From: a virus
Lineage: Duplodnaviria; Caudoviricetes
DNA: 43,130 bases
Strand: one strand, 5' to 3'
Virus record (IMG/VR): IMGVR_UViG_3300044645_001189
Coordinates: 1-43,130 of that record
Part shown: positions 19,336-27,237 of the stretch, piece by piece
Numbering within the stretch: position 1 is the first letter of the stretch
How the letters are laid out: each line of letters opens with the position of its first letter
Translations under genes and position numbers: made by a program
The notes under the pieces: generated by a model
The model's database searches: none
What the model saw: the letters and a program-made list of their open reading frames with translations, nothing else
Told to the model about the DNA's origin: nothing

Positions 19336-19689
19336 TCAGAAGGGGAGGTCGTTGTCAAAGTCGTCTGACTTTTTCGGCTTGGCTTCTTCCCGCTTGCCCT
19401 GCAGAGCAACCTCGTTCACCCGCACGTTCATGGCCCTCTTGGTATTCCCATCCTTGTCGGTCCACTCCCGCTCGGAGACAGAACCAGACACCGCTACCGC
19501 TTGGCCTTTGGTCAGGTACTGAGCAAGAGACTCAGCACGCTTGCCGAAGAGTTGGCAGTTCCACCAAATTGTGGGCTTGTCCCGCCCAGCAGAATCTGCC
19601 ACGGAGAAGTTCAGAACTGCGTCCCCATTGGCAAGGTACTTCAGTTCGGCGTCACGGCCCAGAGAGCCAGCTACTGTGATTGAGTTCAT
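19336..19689 (-). CDS. ssb: Single-stranded DNA-binding protein
   Basis: GSLGRDAELKY...NFSVA...LAQYLTKG...VSG...W.DKDG and acidic DNDLPF tail. Confidence 0.95.
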   Translation of the reverse strand: MNSITVAGSLGRDAELKYLANGDAVLNFSVADSAGRDKPTIWWNCQLFGKRAESLAQYLTKGQAVAVSGSVSEREWTDKDGNTKRAMNVRVNEVALQGKREEAKPKKSDDFDNDLPF

Positions 19690-20375
19690 TGGAAAGAATC
19701 CTTCTTGGTTTTGAATGCTTCCAGCAGATCCATGTAGCTGCCGTTGTTCAGTGCCTTCACCTTCTCAAACACGGCCTTGTTGACCTTAAAGATCTCCATG
19801 ACGTCAGATTGAGAAGCGGCCTGCTCCAGGCAAACAACCACCGCCTCGGCAACAATATTTATGAAGTCCGTAGGCGTAGCATCGGGCTTGGTCGTGACGT
19901 TCATCTGCCAGCGACCGGGCTTGCCTTCCACCTTAGCCGGAACCTTGGGAGGTTCAGCGGGCTTATCGGCGGTCTTCTTTGGGTCAGAATCAACCATCGG
20001 CAGATCTTCACCAGCGTACAAATTTAGACCCAAGCCGTGTAGAGCGAGACACTTGGTCATGCAGCGCATGATGGCGGTGTTCACTTGGAACGCATCCGGG
20101 TTAGGGATAGGCTTGTTCCGATGGTCCATGACCGGCAGGAAACAGGTCATCTCCTTACCGAACAGCGTGGTACGCACCCACACCATAGCGGTGCCGTTGA
20201 TGTCCATGTACGGAACGGTAGTCGCATCCGCCCGCTGGAATGTATCCACATGGAACTTGGCCGTAGGATCGGCCTTCAATGCCTCTGCCCAGGCCCACGC
20301 CCAAGAGAGGTATGAGAGGCCGTTCTTCTTCTCAACGTGATCCTGTACGTTGAGTTCTAGTAGGCTTTTAATCAT
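19686..20375 (-). CDS. Sak-like single-strand annealing protein (DUF1071)
   Basis: VEKKNGLSYLSWAWAW...LPVMDHRNK...VNTAIMRCMTKCLALHGLGLNLYAGEDLP. Confidence 0.9.
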   Translation of the reverse strand: MIKSLLELNVQDHVEKKNGLSYLSWAWAWAEALKADPTAKFHVDTFQRADATTVPYMDINGTAMVWVRTTLFGKEMTCFLPVMDHRNKPIPNPDAFQVNTAIMRCMTKCLALHGLGLNLYAGEDLPMVDSDPKKTADKPAEPPKVPAKVEGKPGRWQMNVTTKPDATPTDFINIVAEAVVVCLEQAASQSDVMEIFKVNKAVFEKVKALNNGSYMDLLEAFKTKKDSFQ

Positions 20376-20596
20376 GCTGCTTTCTCAATTGGCTCAAAGA
20401 ATACGGGCTTCTTACCCGGCTTGCGTCCAGGCTTCTTGGCGGGACGGCCTGCCTTGGTGAGACGGACAGTTCCAACAGGCGCAACGGTTACGGTCGTTAC
20501 CGGCTTGGCTTCCATCTTCGCCAGAATTTTGGCGGCAGTCTCTTGCACTGCGTGGATAACAAACTTCACTTCGGTTTCAGTCAGGTTGATCAACAC
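20372..20596 (-). CDS. Small basic hypothetical protein
   Basis: KAGRPAKKPGRKPGKK AT-hook-like tail; coupled to neighbouring genes. Confidence 0.6.
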   Translation of the reverse strand: MLINLTETEVKFVIHAVQETAAKILAKMEAKPVTTVTVAPVGTVRLTKAGRPAKKPGRKPGKKPVFFEPIEKAA

Positions 20597-21458
20597 TTTG
20601 GTTCTCCTTCAGGTATGTCTGATGTTGGCTGCAAAATTTAGAAACTTGGCAGTAGGACTTGCAGCGCGTCCTCTCGCCGGGGCGATGCTCAATGAAGTAA
20701 CCCTTCGTCAAGTTCACCTCCGCTTCTTCCTTCGTGGAGTGAACTGACTTCGCTCTTACACCTCCTTCTTTTTTGATAGCCCAGGTGCTGGGCTTCTCCC
20801 ACATCTCATCGGGTGAGCACTCAGGCAAAGTACCCTCTGTGTCTGCCTCAAACATGGCCGATGAATGCGCGGTCAGGCGGGCTTGGATGAACGCTTCCCT
20901 TTCCTCTGGCGACCACAATTTAATGGGGATGGTGACGATGGGAGCTTGTGGATAAGTTTCCTTCTGCGCTTCACGGGCCGACCAGTCGCGGATGATCGCA
21001 ACAATTGATAGGCCGGTGACGGGGATCTTCTTCACCTTCTCCACCAGATGGGCGTAAATATTTAGCTGGTGCGTCCAGTCGGCTTTCTCGTTCATCACCG
21101 CCCAGGCGCTGGTGGTTTTGTAGTCGCTGATCTCAATCCCATCGGGCGTGACGGTCTGCAGATCAATAGCCCCAGACAGAACCCAGCCTGAGAACTCTGC
21201 GAACAGGCGCTCTTCGATGATGTGGTTGTCGCCCTTGCCGTGCTCCAAGATATGGTGGATGGCCGAGCCGAACAGTTGCCACACCATTTCGCTGGCGTCT
21301 TGCTCAATGTCTTCCCAGTGCTTGCGCTTGAGTTGAACAATGCGAGGGCTGTTCAGCAGTTCTGTACATGAGATGTGTGCATCGCCCTTGCTGTATGTGG
21401 GGCGGTGGAGGGCGTTGAGTACCGACTCGGGCAAGTGGTGGTTGTTGGTAATTTTCAT
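20577..21458 (-). CDS. PD-(D/E)XK (Cas4/RecB-like) exonuclease
   Basis: GSAIHHILE...EERL...LSGAIDL...DYKTT...QLNIY...RCKSYCQVSKFC; forms an exo-annealase-SSB module. Confidence 0.88.
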   Translation of the reverse strand: MKITNNHHLPESVLNALHRPTYSKGDAHISCTELLNSPRIVQLKRKHWEDIEQDASEMVWQLFGSAIHHILEHGKGDNHIIEERLFAEFSGWVLSGAIDLQTVTPDGIEISDYKTTSAWAVMNEKADWTHQLNIYAHLVEKVKKIPVTGLSIVAIIRDWSAREAQKETYPQAPIVTIPIKLWSPEEREAFIQARLTAHSSAMFEADTEGTLPECSPDEMWEKPSTWAIKKEGGVRAKSVHSTKEEAEVNLTKGYFIEHRPGERTRCKSYCQVSKFCSQHQTYLKENQSVDQPD

Positions 21459-21724
21459 GAATTGCGCTCCATTAAAGAAGTAAGCAGATTTGCGGATTTC
21501 CTATGTGACTCAAACAGGTTTTGGTAATACTTAAACAACAACACTTCTCTGCTGTTGATCCCATATTCTTTTTCCATCCTGCTTGCAATTAGCCCAAGAG
21601 TATCGGAAAAATGTTTACGCTCATCATCCCGCACCAGAGCAGCGAAGCGCTCAACAGCAGCAATGCGTTCGTCACTTGTCATCCACAAGTCAGCCTCTTT
21701 GGCCCAGCGTAGGATGTCGTTCAC
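21455..21724 (-). CDS. Hypothetical protein (ERFAALV family)
   Basis: DILRWAKEA...ERFAALVRDDER resembles the 23.4-24.4 kb paralogs. Confidence 0.6.
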   Translation of the reverse strand: MNDILRWAKEADLWMTSDERIAAVERFAALVRDDERKHFSDTLGLIASRMEKEYGINSREVLLFKYYQNLFESHRKSANLLTSLMERNS

Positions 21725-21948
21725 TTCAGAACTCCTCTCCAAGGAAGGGATTGGTTGGGGGCGAGTCCGTTGGTTGGTGACGTTCCGTATGCCTGGGCAA
21801 GATTAGCGCGGGGTTCACCCATGTACCAGAACTCCCCGTCCCAATAGCAATACTGCGACTGCGTGGCTTTGCCGTATGTGTACTCCCGCTGGTACACGCC
21901 CTTGCGAACGGGCTTGGCTGAGCCAGGGAACCAATCAGTGAGGTTCAT
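21721..21948 (-). CDS. Hypothetical phage protein
   Basis: LTDWFPGSAKPVRKGVYQR...YWDGEFW...WRG; AGGAG RBS. Confidence 0.7.
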   Translation of the reverse strand: MNLTDWFPGSAKPVRKGVYQREYTYGKATQSQYCYWDGEFWYMGEPRANLAQAYGTSPTNGLAPNQSLPWRGVLK

Positions 21949-22165
21949 GCAAAAGTTCTCCTTCCTCAATTGAGAAAGTCAGATTCCACATATGCTGGTA
22001 CACAGGCTGTACCCGCAGCCAAGCCCAGAACGTATCCTGTGCTTCTGAGATGGAATTTGCAGTAACCACAACTGTGCCCTTTGCAATGTTCCCGGAACTG
22101 GACCAATCTACGATGTATGCCTTCATGCTCCCTCCGCTTTGGCGGGGTTCACTCTGCGCGCTCAT
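21935..22165 (-). CDS. Hypothetical protein
   Basis: ATGA-coupled start; alternative start at 22126 has a GGAGG RBS. Confidence 0.55.
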   Translation of the reverse strand: MSAQSEPRQSGGSMKAYIVDWSSSGNIAKGTVVVTANSISEAQDTFWAWLRVQPVYQHMWNLTFSIEEGELLHEPH

Positions 22166-22362
22166 GACTTCACCTTCATCTGCTTGATACGCTTGGCCCT
22201 GAGATCAGGCTCAAGATCCATGATCAAATCCCAAACCAACACCTGGGCAACGCCAAATTTCACGGCCCACTGCTCCCCCGATGGGAGAGTGTCAAAATTC
22301 TTGTTGTACTTCCGAGCCTGTCGTTCGATGTATGCTTCAACTTCATCTGTTTTGATGTGCAT
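22162..22362 (-). CDS. Hypothetical protein, first gene after a leftward promoter
   Basis: CAGGAG RBS before ATG at 22362. Confidence 0.65.
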   Translation of the reverse strand: MHIKTDEVEAYIERQARKYNKNFDTLPSGEQWAVKFGVAQVLVWDLIMDLEPDLRAKRIKQMKVKS

Positions 22363-22384
22363 GATGTGTTCTCCTGTGTGATGT

Positions 22385-22429
22385 ATTGGACCTGAACCTA
22401 TCAGGTATGTCAACTAGGGGTTTACCCTA
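22385..22429 (-). promoter_or_regulatory. Sigma70-like promoter with upstream palindromic box
   Basis: TTGACA (22413-22408), 17 nt, TCCAAT; box TAGGGGTTTACCCTA at 22415-22429. Confidence 0.6.
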
Positions 22430-22713
22430 TGAGAAGAGTTGCAAGGCGAGATGCCAATGAGAGAAGGGTGATCGACGCTCTACGGGCCTGTGGGGCTTAC
22501 GTGAAGCAGATCAACGACGAGGGGGCCTTTGATCTTCTTGTTTCCTACCGTGGGCACACGCTTTTGCTTGAGGTGAAGGACGGAGACAAGCCGCCCTCGG
22601 CCCGAGCGCTTACGCCAGGAGAAGCTAAATTTCACGCTGAGTGGCCTGGACAAAATTTGTACATCGTCAACTCAGAGCATGAAGCGCTGGACATCCTGAA
22701 GCGTTGTGTGTAG
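22429..22713 (+). CDS. Small PD-(D/E)XK nuclease (VRR-NUC/resolvase-like)
   Basis: RRDANE...LRACGA...FDLLV...LLEVKDGDKPPSARALT. Confidence 0.8.
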   Translation: MRRVARRDANERRVIDALRACGAYVKQINDEGAFDLLVSYRGHTLLLEVKDGDKPPSARALTPGEAKFHAEWPGQNLYIVNSEHEALDILKRCV

Positions 22714-22768
22714 CATAGGGATGCCACGGTCCTCCACTGTGGTTCTCCTGATCGGGCGTGTGCCCGTT

Positions 22769-22797
22769 GAGCCCTGGGTGTCCGGGGCTCTTTTTTT
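22769..22797 (+). terminator. Intrinsic terminator
   Basis: GAGCCCTGG-GTGT-CCGGGGCTC followed by T7, between convergent genes. Confidence 0.8.
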
Positions 22798-22800
22798 ACA

Positions 22801-23025
22801 TCAGGGCTTCTCCGGCATCAGCAGCCTGGGCATACGCGGATTGACGCGGGGCAGTGTTGACAACACATCCTCCTTCTTTATAGGAGTAGAGGAAAGGCCA
22901 ACAATTCTTTCCTCCGTGTTGAACCTGTGCAGGTTCGCACACTGGTAGCGACGGCGGCGCGACCCATCTCTCCTGAGCACTGACTCCAGAACAGACGTCC
23001 ATGTTCCGCACTGAGGACATTTCAT
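22801..23025 (-). CDS. NrdR-N-like zinc-ribbon protein
   Basis: MKCPQCG...VLES...RRRRYQCANLHRFNTEE, with no ATP cone. Confidence 0.75.
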   Translation of the reverse strand: MKCPQCGTWTSVLESVLRRDGSRRRRYQCANLHRFNTEERIVGLSSTPIKKEDVLSTLPRVNPRMPRLLMPEKP

Positions 23026-23210
23026 TCTCCTTCTTTCTCCACAAAATCCCCATTAGGACACGGACCATGCCCGGTCCACGGGCCGATCCACATTTGCCGC
23101 CCTGCAGCGGGATGCACAGGATTTATGTGCATGTTCCTTGCGCATTGTTTGCACTGCTCAAGCAACGGGTTGCTCTCACAGCGGGCGAAGTCTTGGGGTA
23201 GGTAGTTCAT
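23022..23210 (-). CDS. Small Cys-rich hypothetical protein
   Basis: DFARC...CKQCAR...CP; ATGA-coupled. Confidence 0.65.
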   Translation of the reverse strand: MNYLPQDFARCESNPLLEQCKQCARNMHINPVHPAAGRQMWIGPWTGHGPCPNGDFVEKEGE

Positions 23211-23434
23211 TTCTTCCCCCTTATAAGACTGACATCTGGCTGGATTGCGTACATCTCTACTTCATCCATGCCTTTCACAAATCGTCCTGCGCTGGTTACC
23301 CAGCAATCTCCTTGAGGAAGACCCTCATACCAGCAAGCGGTATGGATTCTGTCTAGCCCTTTCCACAGAACAATGCACTTTGATCCGTGTGGGGGCGCAG
23401 CCCCAGACAGCCATGTAAGCACGGTTTCGGTCAT
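23207..23434 (-). CDS. Hypothetical protein
   Basis: Start coupled to the AIRARG junction repeat. Confidence 0.6.
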   Translation of the reverse strand: MTETVLTWLSGAAPPHGSKCIVLWKGLDRIHTACWYEGLPQGDCWVTSAGRFVKGMDEVEMYAIQPDVSLIRGKK

Positions 23435-23658
23435 GCCTGCCCCCTTGCTCTGATTGCTGCGGCGCATTCCTGCGCAATTAGCTTTCCCGCTCCGGTGGTG
23501 GGTCGCTCTGCTGCAAGTTCCTCGCACAATCTAGCGCAGGCTTCGCGTTCTATAGCCACAACTTGTGCGAGGCTTTCAATCGCTGCTTGCTTCGCGTCTT
23601 CCACACCTCTGTCATAACTTTCCATGAGCAACTTGGTCAATTCTTCTTTCGCGTTCAT
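23431..23658 (-). CDS. Hypothetical protein, EREACA...AIRARG family
   Basis: Shared C-terminus with three upstream genes. Confidence 0.75.
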   Translation of the reverse strand: MNAKEELTKLLMESYDRGVEDAKQAAIESLAQVVAIEREACARLCEELAAERPTTGAGKLIAQECAAAIRARGQA

Positions 23659-23888
23659 TCCTGCCCCCTTGCTCTGATTGCTGCTTCAATTTCAATACTG
23701 CCGCCGTGAAAAGCCACAAGGTCTATGCACTCCAGCGCAAATCGTTCGCGCTCGGCAGCGGCGACAAGATCGGCAAATCGAGCAAGTTCTTTGGTCCAGT
23801 ACCCATCGGAAAAATATATGTTGTTTCCGTCTGCGGGGTCATGCTCAAACCCTGCCTCTATTGCAAAGCGGATAAGTTCGTCATTCAT
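23655..23888 (-). CDS. Hypothetical protein, EREACA...AIRARG family
   Basis: Shared C-terminus; ATGA coupling. Confidence 0.75.
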   Translation of the reverse strand: MNDELIRFAIEAGFEHDPADGNNIYFSDGYWTKELARFADLVAAAERERFALECIDLVAFHGGSIEIEAAIRARGQE

Positions 23889-24103
23889 GTGTTCCCCCTT
23901 GCTCTGATTGCGGCGGCGCATTCATCTGCATAAAACCCCTCCCATCCATCTGCAATGCATCTTGCGTCACACACCTTAGCGCAGGCCTCGCGCTCCTGCG
24001 CGGCGACAAGGGCGGCGAAGCGTTCAAGCAGGTCCGGCTCTCCTTCATATCCAGCAATCATTCCGCTTTCATACGCCATCTCCATTACTTCTTCGCGGGT
24101 CAT
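23885..24103 (-). CDS. Hypothetical protein, EREACA...AIRARG family
   Basis: Shared C-terminus; ATGA coupling. Confidence 0.75.
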   Translation of the reverse strand: MTREEVMEMAYESGMIAGYEGEPDLLERFAALVAAQEREACAKVCDARCIADGWEGFYADECAAAIRARGNT

Positions 24104-24399
24104 GTGTTCCCCCTTGCTCTGATTGCTGCGGCGCACCTACGCGCCTCCATGTCTTCCCGATTGTTGTCGCCCATGTAGCGGGCGTCGCATACCTTCGCGC
24201 AGGCTTCTCGTTCAGCCAAAGCCACTTGTGCGGCAAAGCGTTCAGAGTCATCAATTAACCACTGTTTACACGCCTCGCGCTCAGCAGCGAGCAGCGCGTT
24301 GACGCCCTCAAGCGTGAACAGGTATTCGACTTCGGCGTTCTGCTCTTGCACGGGCTTGCCGTGCTGGCGTGCCAGATTGATGATGTCGTCGCGGCTCAT
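24100..24399 (-). CDS. Hypothetical protein, EREACA...AIRARG family
   Basis: Shared C-terminus; contains AEREAC twice. Confidence 0.75.
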   Translation of the reverse strand: MSRDDIINLARQHGKPVQEQNAEVEYLFTLEGVNALLAAEREACKQWLIDDSERFAAQVALAEREACAKVCDARYMGDNNREDMEARRCAAAIRARGNT

Positions 24400-24947
24400 A
24401 CCTTCTTCTCCGCCCGTGCGATGGCGGCGCACGCTTTCGCTTCCGTGCGATACGCATCCATTGAACCTGTGTTAGCCAGCATTTGACCGACATATGGCAG
24501 GCACTCCCTCAACGCCTCCAGCAGTACGGCGTTCACCGAATGAAGGCGGCGCAGTTCGGCGGCGGCTTCATCGTGATGTGCTTTACTTCTCAGGTCGCCT
24601 TCAAGCTGATCAGCCAGCCGCAGGGCGGTAGGTTGTTCAGTCATGTGTTCTCCTTTATGCTGTTTGCCGCCTGAGCGGCCTATTTCACGCGCATACGACA
24701 TCTGATCGTCAATCATTGAATCAAAGTCTTCGGGCTTGGCACCCATCATTGCTGCCTCTGATTCCGGCCATCCGCCTTGCGCGCGCAGCCAGCGGTAACG
24801 CTCGGCATCCTTGCGCAGCGTTTCAAGTTCCGTCTTGGCACGCCCCTCCGAGTACAGCATCTGGTACGTGGTTATAGACGACTTGTCAATCTCCTCCATT
24901 CGTTCTTGAGTCTTTCGCACAATGGCGGCTATCATCTTTTCATACAT
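24396..24947 (-). CDS. Hypothetical protein, apparent two-module fusion with internal start at 24644
   Basis: LRKDAERYRWLR module in frame with a MTEQPTALRLAD...AAAELRRL module that has its own AAGGAG RBS. Confidence 0.6.
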   Translation of the reverse strand: MYEKMIAAIVRKTQERMEEIDKSSITTYQMLYSEGRAKTELETLRKDAERYRWLRAQGGWPESEAAMMGAKPEDFDSMIDDQMSYAREIGRSGGKQHKGEHMTEQPTALRLADQLEGDLRSKAHHDEAAAELRRLHSVNAVLLEALRECLPYVGQMLANTGSMDAYRTEAKACAAIARAEKKV

Positions 24948-25618
24948 TTTTTCGCTCCGGTTGTGTTTTCCTTGATGCCATGCGCGGCCTCGATGGCGCG
25001 GGCAAATTCCCGATGTTCCCAGTCTGCGCTCATAGGCTCACGCCATAGGCGATCAAGCTCCTCGTTGCTCAGGGGCTCGCGGCGGGGTGGGTGGGTGAAG
25101 AGCTTCATGGCAATCTGAGGAAACCCACCAAGCCATCTGACTTTCACACCATACTGTCCCGGCTCCGTCACCGACGACACAATCGCCGCCGGCTCGGCCT
25201 GCTCCGGCTGCGCCAGCGCGGCCCGTGCTTGCCATCCCTCCCATGCCCAATAAGCTGGTGAATCCTCGCGGAATGGATTGGTTTGCGTCAGACGATCTGC
25301 ATCCCACCAGTCGTTGAACTCCTTGGGGATGTCTGCCCATTCAACTTGCATGTTCCCGCAATCTGTTTCGGGAACATCCTGCTCCGGCTGCTCCCGCTTC
25401 TGCTCGATCGCAGCCCACCAACCCGCGCAGTAGGCGATCTTTTCGGCCTCGGTCTGGGCTTCTGGTGGGGGCTTCTGCTGCTCCAGCGCGGCGCGGAGGG
25501 CGTCCTTAGCATCGTAGAACACGCCAGCGTCTTCTGGGTACTGGTCCGGCGAACTGTTCTCCAACGCCTCCAGCGCCTGCTGCACCGTGGCGCGGGGCAG
25601 GGTAATTGTGTCAGTCAT
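24932..25618 (-). CDS. Mosaic hypothetical phage protein
   Basis: QQALEALE...LRAALEQ...AALAQPEQ...FARAIEAAHGI modules. Confidence 0.7.
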   Translation of the reverse strand: MTDTITLPRATVQQALEALENSSPDQYPEDAGVFYDAKDALRAALEQQKPPPEAQTEAEKIAYCAGWWAAIEQKREQPEQDVPETDCGNMQVEWADIPKEFNDWWDADRLTQTNPFREDSPAYWAWEGWQARAALAQPEQAEPAAIVSSVTEPGQYGVKVRWLGGFPQIAMKLFTHPPRREPLSNEELDRLWREPMSADWEHREFARAIEAAHGIKENTTGAKKCMKR

Positions 25619-25947
25619 TTCATGCTCCTTCCTATCTCAGCCGCAGCCCTGACGATGGCGCGGCGGGTGGCGGCGTTAGCGTCCTCTTTGTTGTACTCAA
25701 TGAACACTTCCTTTTGCGTAAATTCTTGCCCGCAAATAGCCACCTCGTCATATGAACAATTTACGGTTAGCCGCAACTTCACCGCCAACTCAAAGGCATC
25801 ACCAGAATCTGTGAGGGGGTTCCATTTGAAGCCGCGATGGTCAACGCATACGCAGTCGGTGCCTCGTTCAACAACCATGTCGTGATAGATGCGAACCTCA
25901 ATCTCAGCCGCTTTTGCAGCGGCCTCCAGCAGTTCACGATCTGTCAT
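25615..25947 (-). CDS. Hypothetical phage protein
   Basis: MTDRELLEAAAKA...WNPLTDSGDAFELAVKL...ATRRAIVRAAAEIG. Confidence 0.75.
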   Translation of the reverse strand: MTDRELLEAAAKAAEIEVRIYHDMVVERGTDCVCVDHRGFKWNPLTDSGDAFELAVKLRLTVNCSYDEVAICGQEFTQKEVFIEYNKEDANAATRRAIVRAAAEIGRSMK

Positions 25948-26165
25948 ACCAACACCCCCACAACGAACGCAATCACGCCGACAAGGACAACAACGCACAG
26001 CCCCAGCACCACCAGGGTGCCCAAGGATTCAGGGGCGTCATCAACGCCGATTTCAGTTGCCGCCTCGGCGGCCTCGGGGTAGCGGCCCTGCTGGTCACAC
26101 CCCTTGGGCAGCCGACGGACGGTCGGCTCGGTGCCGTCGTTGAAGAGGTAGGTTTCTTCTTTCAT
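25944..26165 (-). CDS. Small membrane protein
   Basis: C-terminal hydrophobic helix LVVLGLCVVVLVGVIAFVVGVLV. Confidence 0.65.
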   Translation of the reverse strand: MKEETYLFNDGTEPTVRRLPKGCDQQGRYPEAAEAATEIGVDDAPESLGTLVVLGLCVVVLVGVIAFVVGVLV

Positions 26166-26404
26166 GCTTCCTCCGATTTGTTAAGGTGAACTAACACTTG
26201 CTCCACATTGCGTAGTGCAAAGCCTACAGACCATGCTGCCCACGCAGCGTTCCGGTTATGTTCTTTCCACAGCAAATCACTCACGGCATCAGCAGTTTGG
26301 CGAGTACGCTCTTCGCACATCTGCTTCCACGCAGGGCCGTAGCCCCTCTTGTCAGCGAATGGCTGATGCGCCTCAAGCCTCTCCCACATTTCGTCAAGTG
26401 TCAT
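26162..26404 (-). CDS. Hypothetical protein
   Basis: GGAG RBS; coupled to neighbours. Confidence 0.65.
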   Translation of the reverse strand: MTLDEMWERLEAHQPFADKRGYGPAWKQMCEERTRQTADAVSDLLWKEHNRNAAWAAWSVGFALRNVEQVLVHLNKSEEA

Positions 26405-26666
26405 TGTTTTCCTCCGGCTTAAAGATGCGGTCGTACAACGCACGGGTCGGGTTGTGCTCATGCTTCAGCATGTTCAAAGCTCTCCACCCATTGTTGTTTT
26501 TCTTGAACAGCATCAATGGATGGACTGCACGCCCAGAATTAACGTAGTGAAGGAACGACTCACACGCCAGCTTTTGGGTTGCGCAGTCACGCTGTTTAGG
26601 GCAGGCGTATCCCGTACAGGGCGGAGCGGAAGCACTTGCAAGTGCTTCGCACAGTTCACGGCTCAT
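26394..26666 (-). CDS. Cys-rich hypothetical protein
   Basis: PPCTGYACP...CATQKLACESF. Confidence 0.6.
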   Translation of the reverse strand: MSRELCEALASASAPPCTGYACPKQRDCATQKLACESFLHYVNSGRAVHPLMLFKKNNNGWRALNMLKHEHNPTRALYDRIFKPEENNDT

Positions 26667-26848
26667 TGCTGCCCCTTCTGTTGAAGCATCAACTGTTCTT
26701 TAGTTCTTGGTTGCCCAACCAACCACTTGTCCCCCAGGCGCTCAACCGCCCGGAGCCACTTGCGGGCGTTAGAACGGTTCGTTTGCTTGTCCACATGGCG
26801 CACGTTCCACAACCTCAGTGCGTGCTTGGCTAGTTGCATCTTGGTCAC
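26663..26848 (-). CDS. Hypothetical protein
   Basis: CAGGAG RBS before GTG; RKWLRAVERLGDKWL. Confidence 0.6.
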   Translation of the reverse strand: MTKMQLAKHALRLWNVRHVDKQTNRSNARKWLRAVERLGDKWLVGQPRTKEQLMLQQKGQQ

Positions 26849-26981
26849 GTTGTTCTCCTGATAAAAATTTGGCACACTCCGGTAGAGCACAGAAATGACC
26901 GCAGTTGATCCCAGCATGAATGTGATCCTGCAGCACAGCGATGCGCTCTCTCAGCATCCTGTTCTCTTCAATCAAGTTCAT
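26769..26981 (-). CDS. Hypothetical protein, first gene of a leftward operon
   Basis: GGAGG RBS; about 80-nt overlap with the next gene lowers confidence. Confidence 0.45.
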   Translation of the reverse strand: MNLIEENRMLRERIAVLQDHIHAGINCGHFCALPECAKFLSGEQRDQDATSQARTEVVERAPCGQANEPF

Positions 26982-27001
26982 CTTGCACCTCCAGAACCCC
27001 C

Positions 27002-27074
27002 ATGGTACACTGAACCTGCCTGATGACAACTAGGGGTTTCTACCAGTTGCATTGAGACAACAGGATCAGACAAT
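27002..27074. promoter_or_regulatory. Divergent promoter pair around a TAGGGGTTTCTACCA box
   Basis: Minus: TTGTCA-16-TACCAT; plus: TTGCAT-16-GACAAT; box at 27031-27045 lies between the two -35 elements at a strand switch. Confidence 0.55.
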
Positions 27075-27237
27075 GAACGAGCAGATGAAGCATCTGGTGG
27101 CAGCGTTGTACCAGCACAGTGCGTTGGTGCCAGCGGTGCAGGTGCCGAGTGAAGTGTTCCGCCGTCTAGTTGAGGTGGCAATGAAGCGGCCTGCCGAGGT
27201 GGAGGACGCAGTGATCATCAACAAGGAAACCCAGTGA
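27073..27237 (+). CDS. Small hypothetical protein
   Basis: GTGA-coupled to the ParB-like gene. Confidence 0.5.
   Translation: MNEQMKHLVAALYQHSALVPAVQVPSEVFRRLVEVAMKRPAEVEDAVIINKETQ

Larger units (their letters stand above)
23440..24126. repeat. Four identical 18-bp repeats CCCCCTTGCTCTGATTGC (23440, 23664, 23894, 24109)
   Basis: Read directly; on the minus strand each encodes AIRARG and carries the next gene's RBS. Confidence 0.92.

Noticed and set aside
20577-21458. Cas4 as evidence of a CRISPR system
   Set aside because: Its context is exonuclease-Sak-SSB, a standard phage recombination module.
23431-24432. Diversity-generating retroelement template/variable repeats
   Set aside because: No reverse transcriptase in the window, repeats are short, and differences are not adenine-specific.
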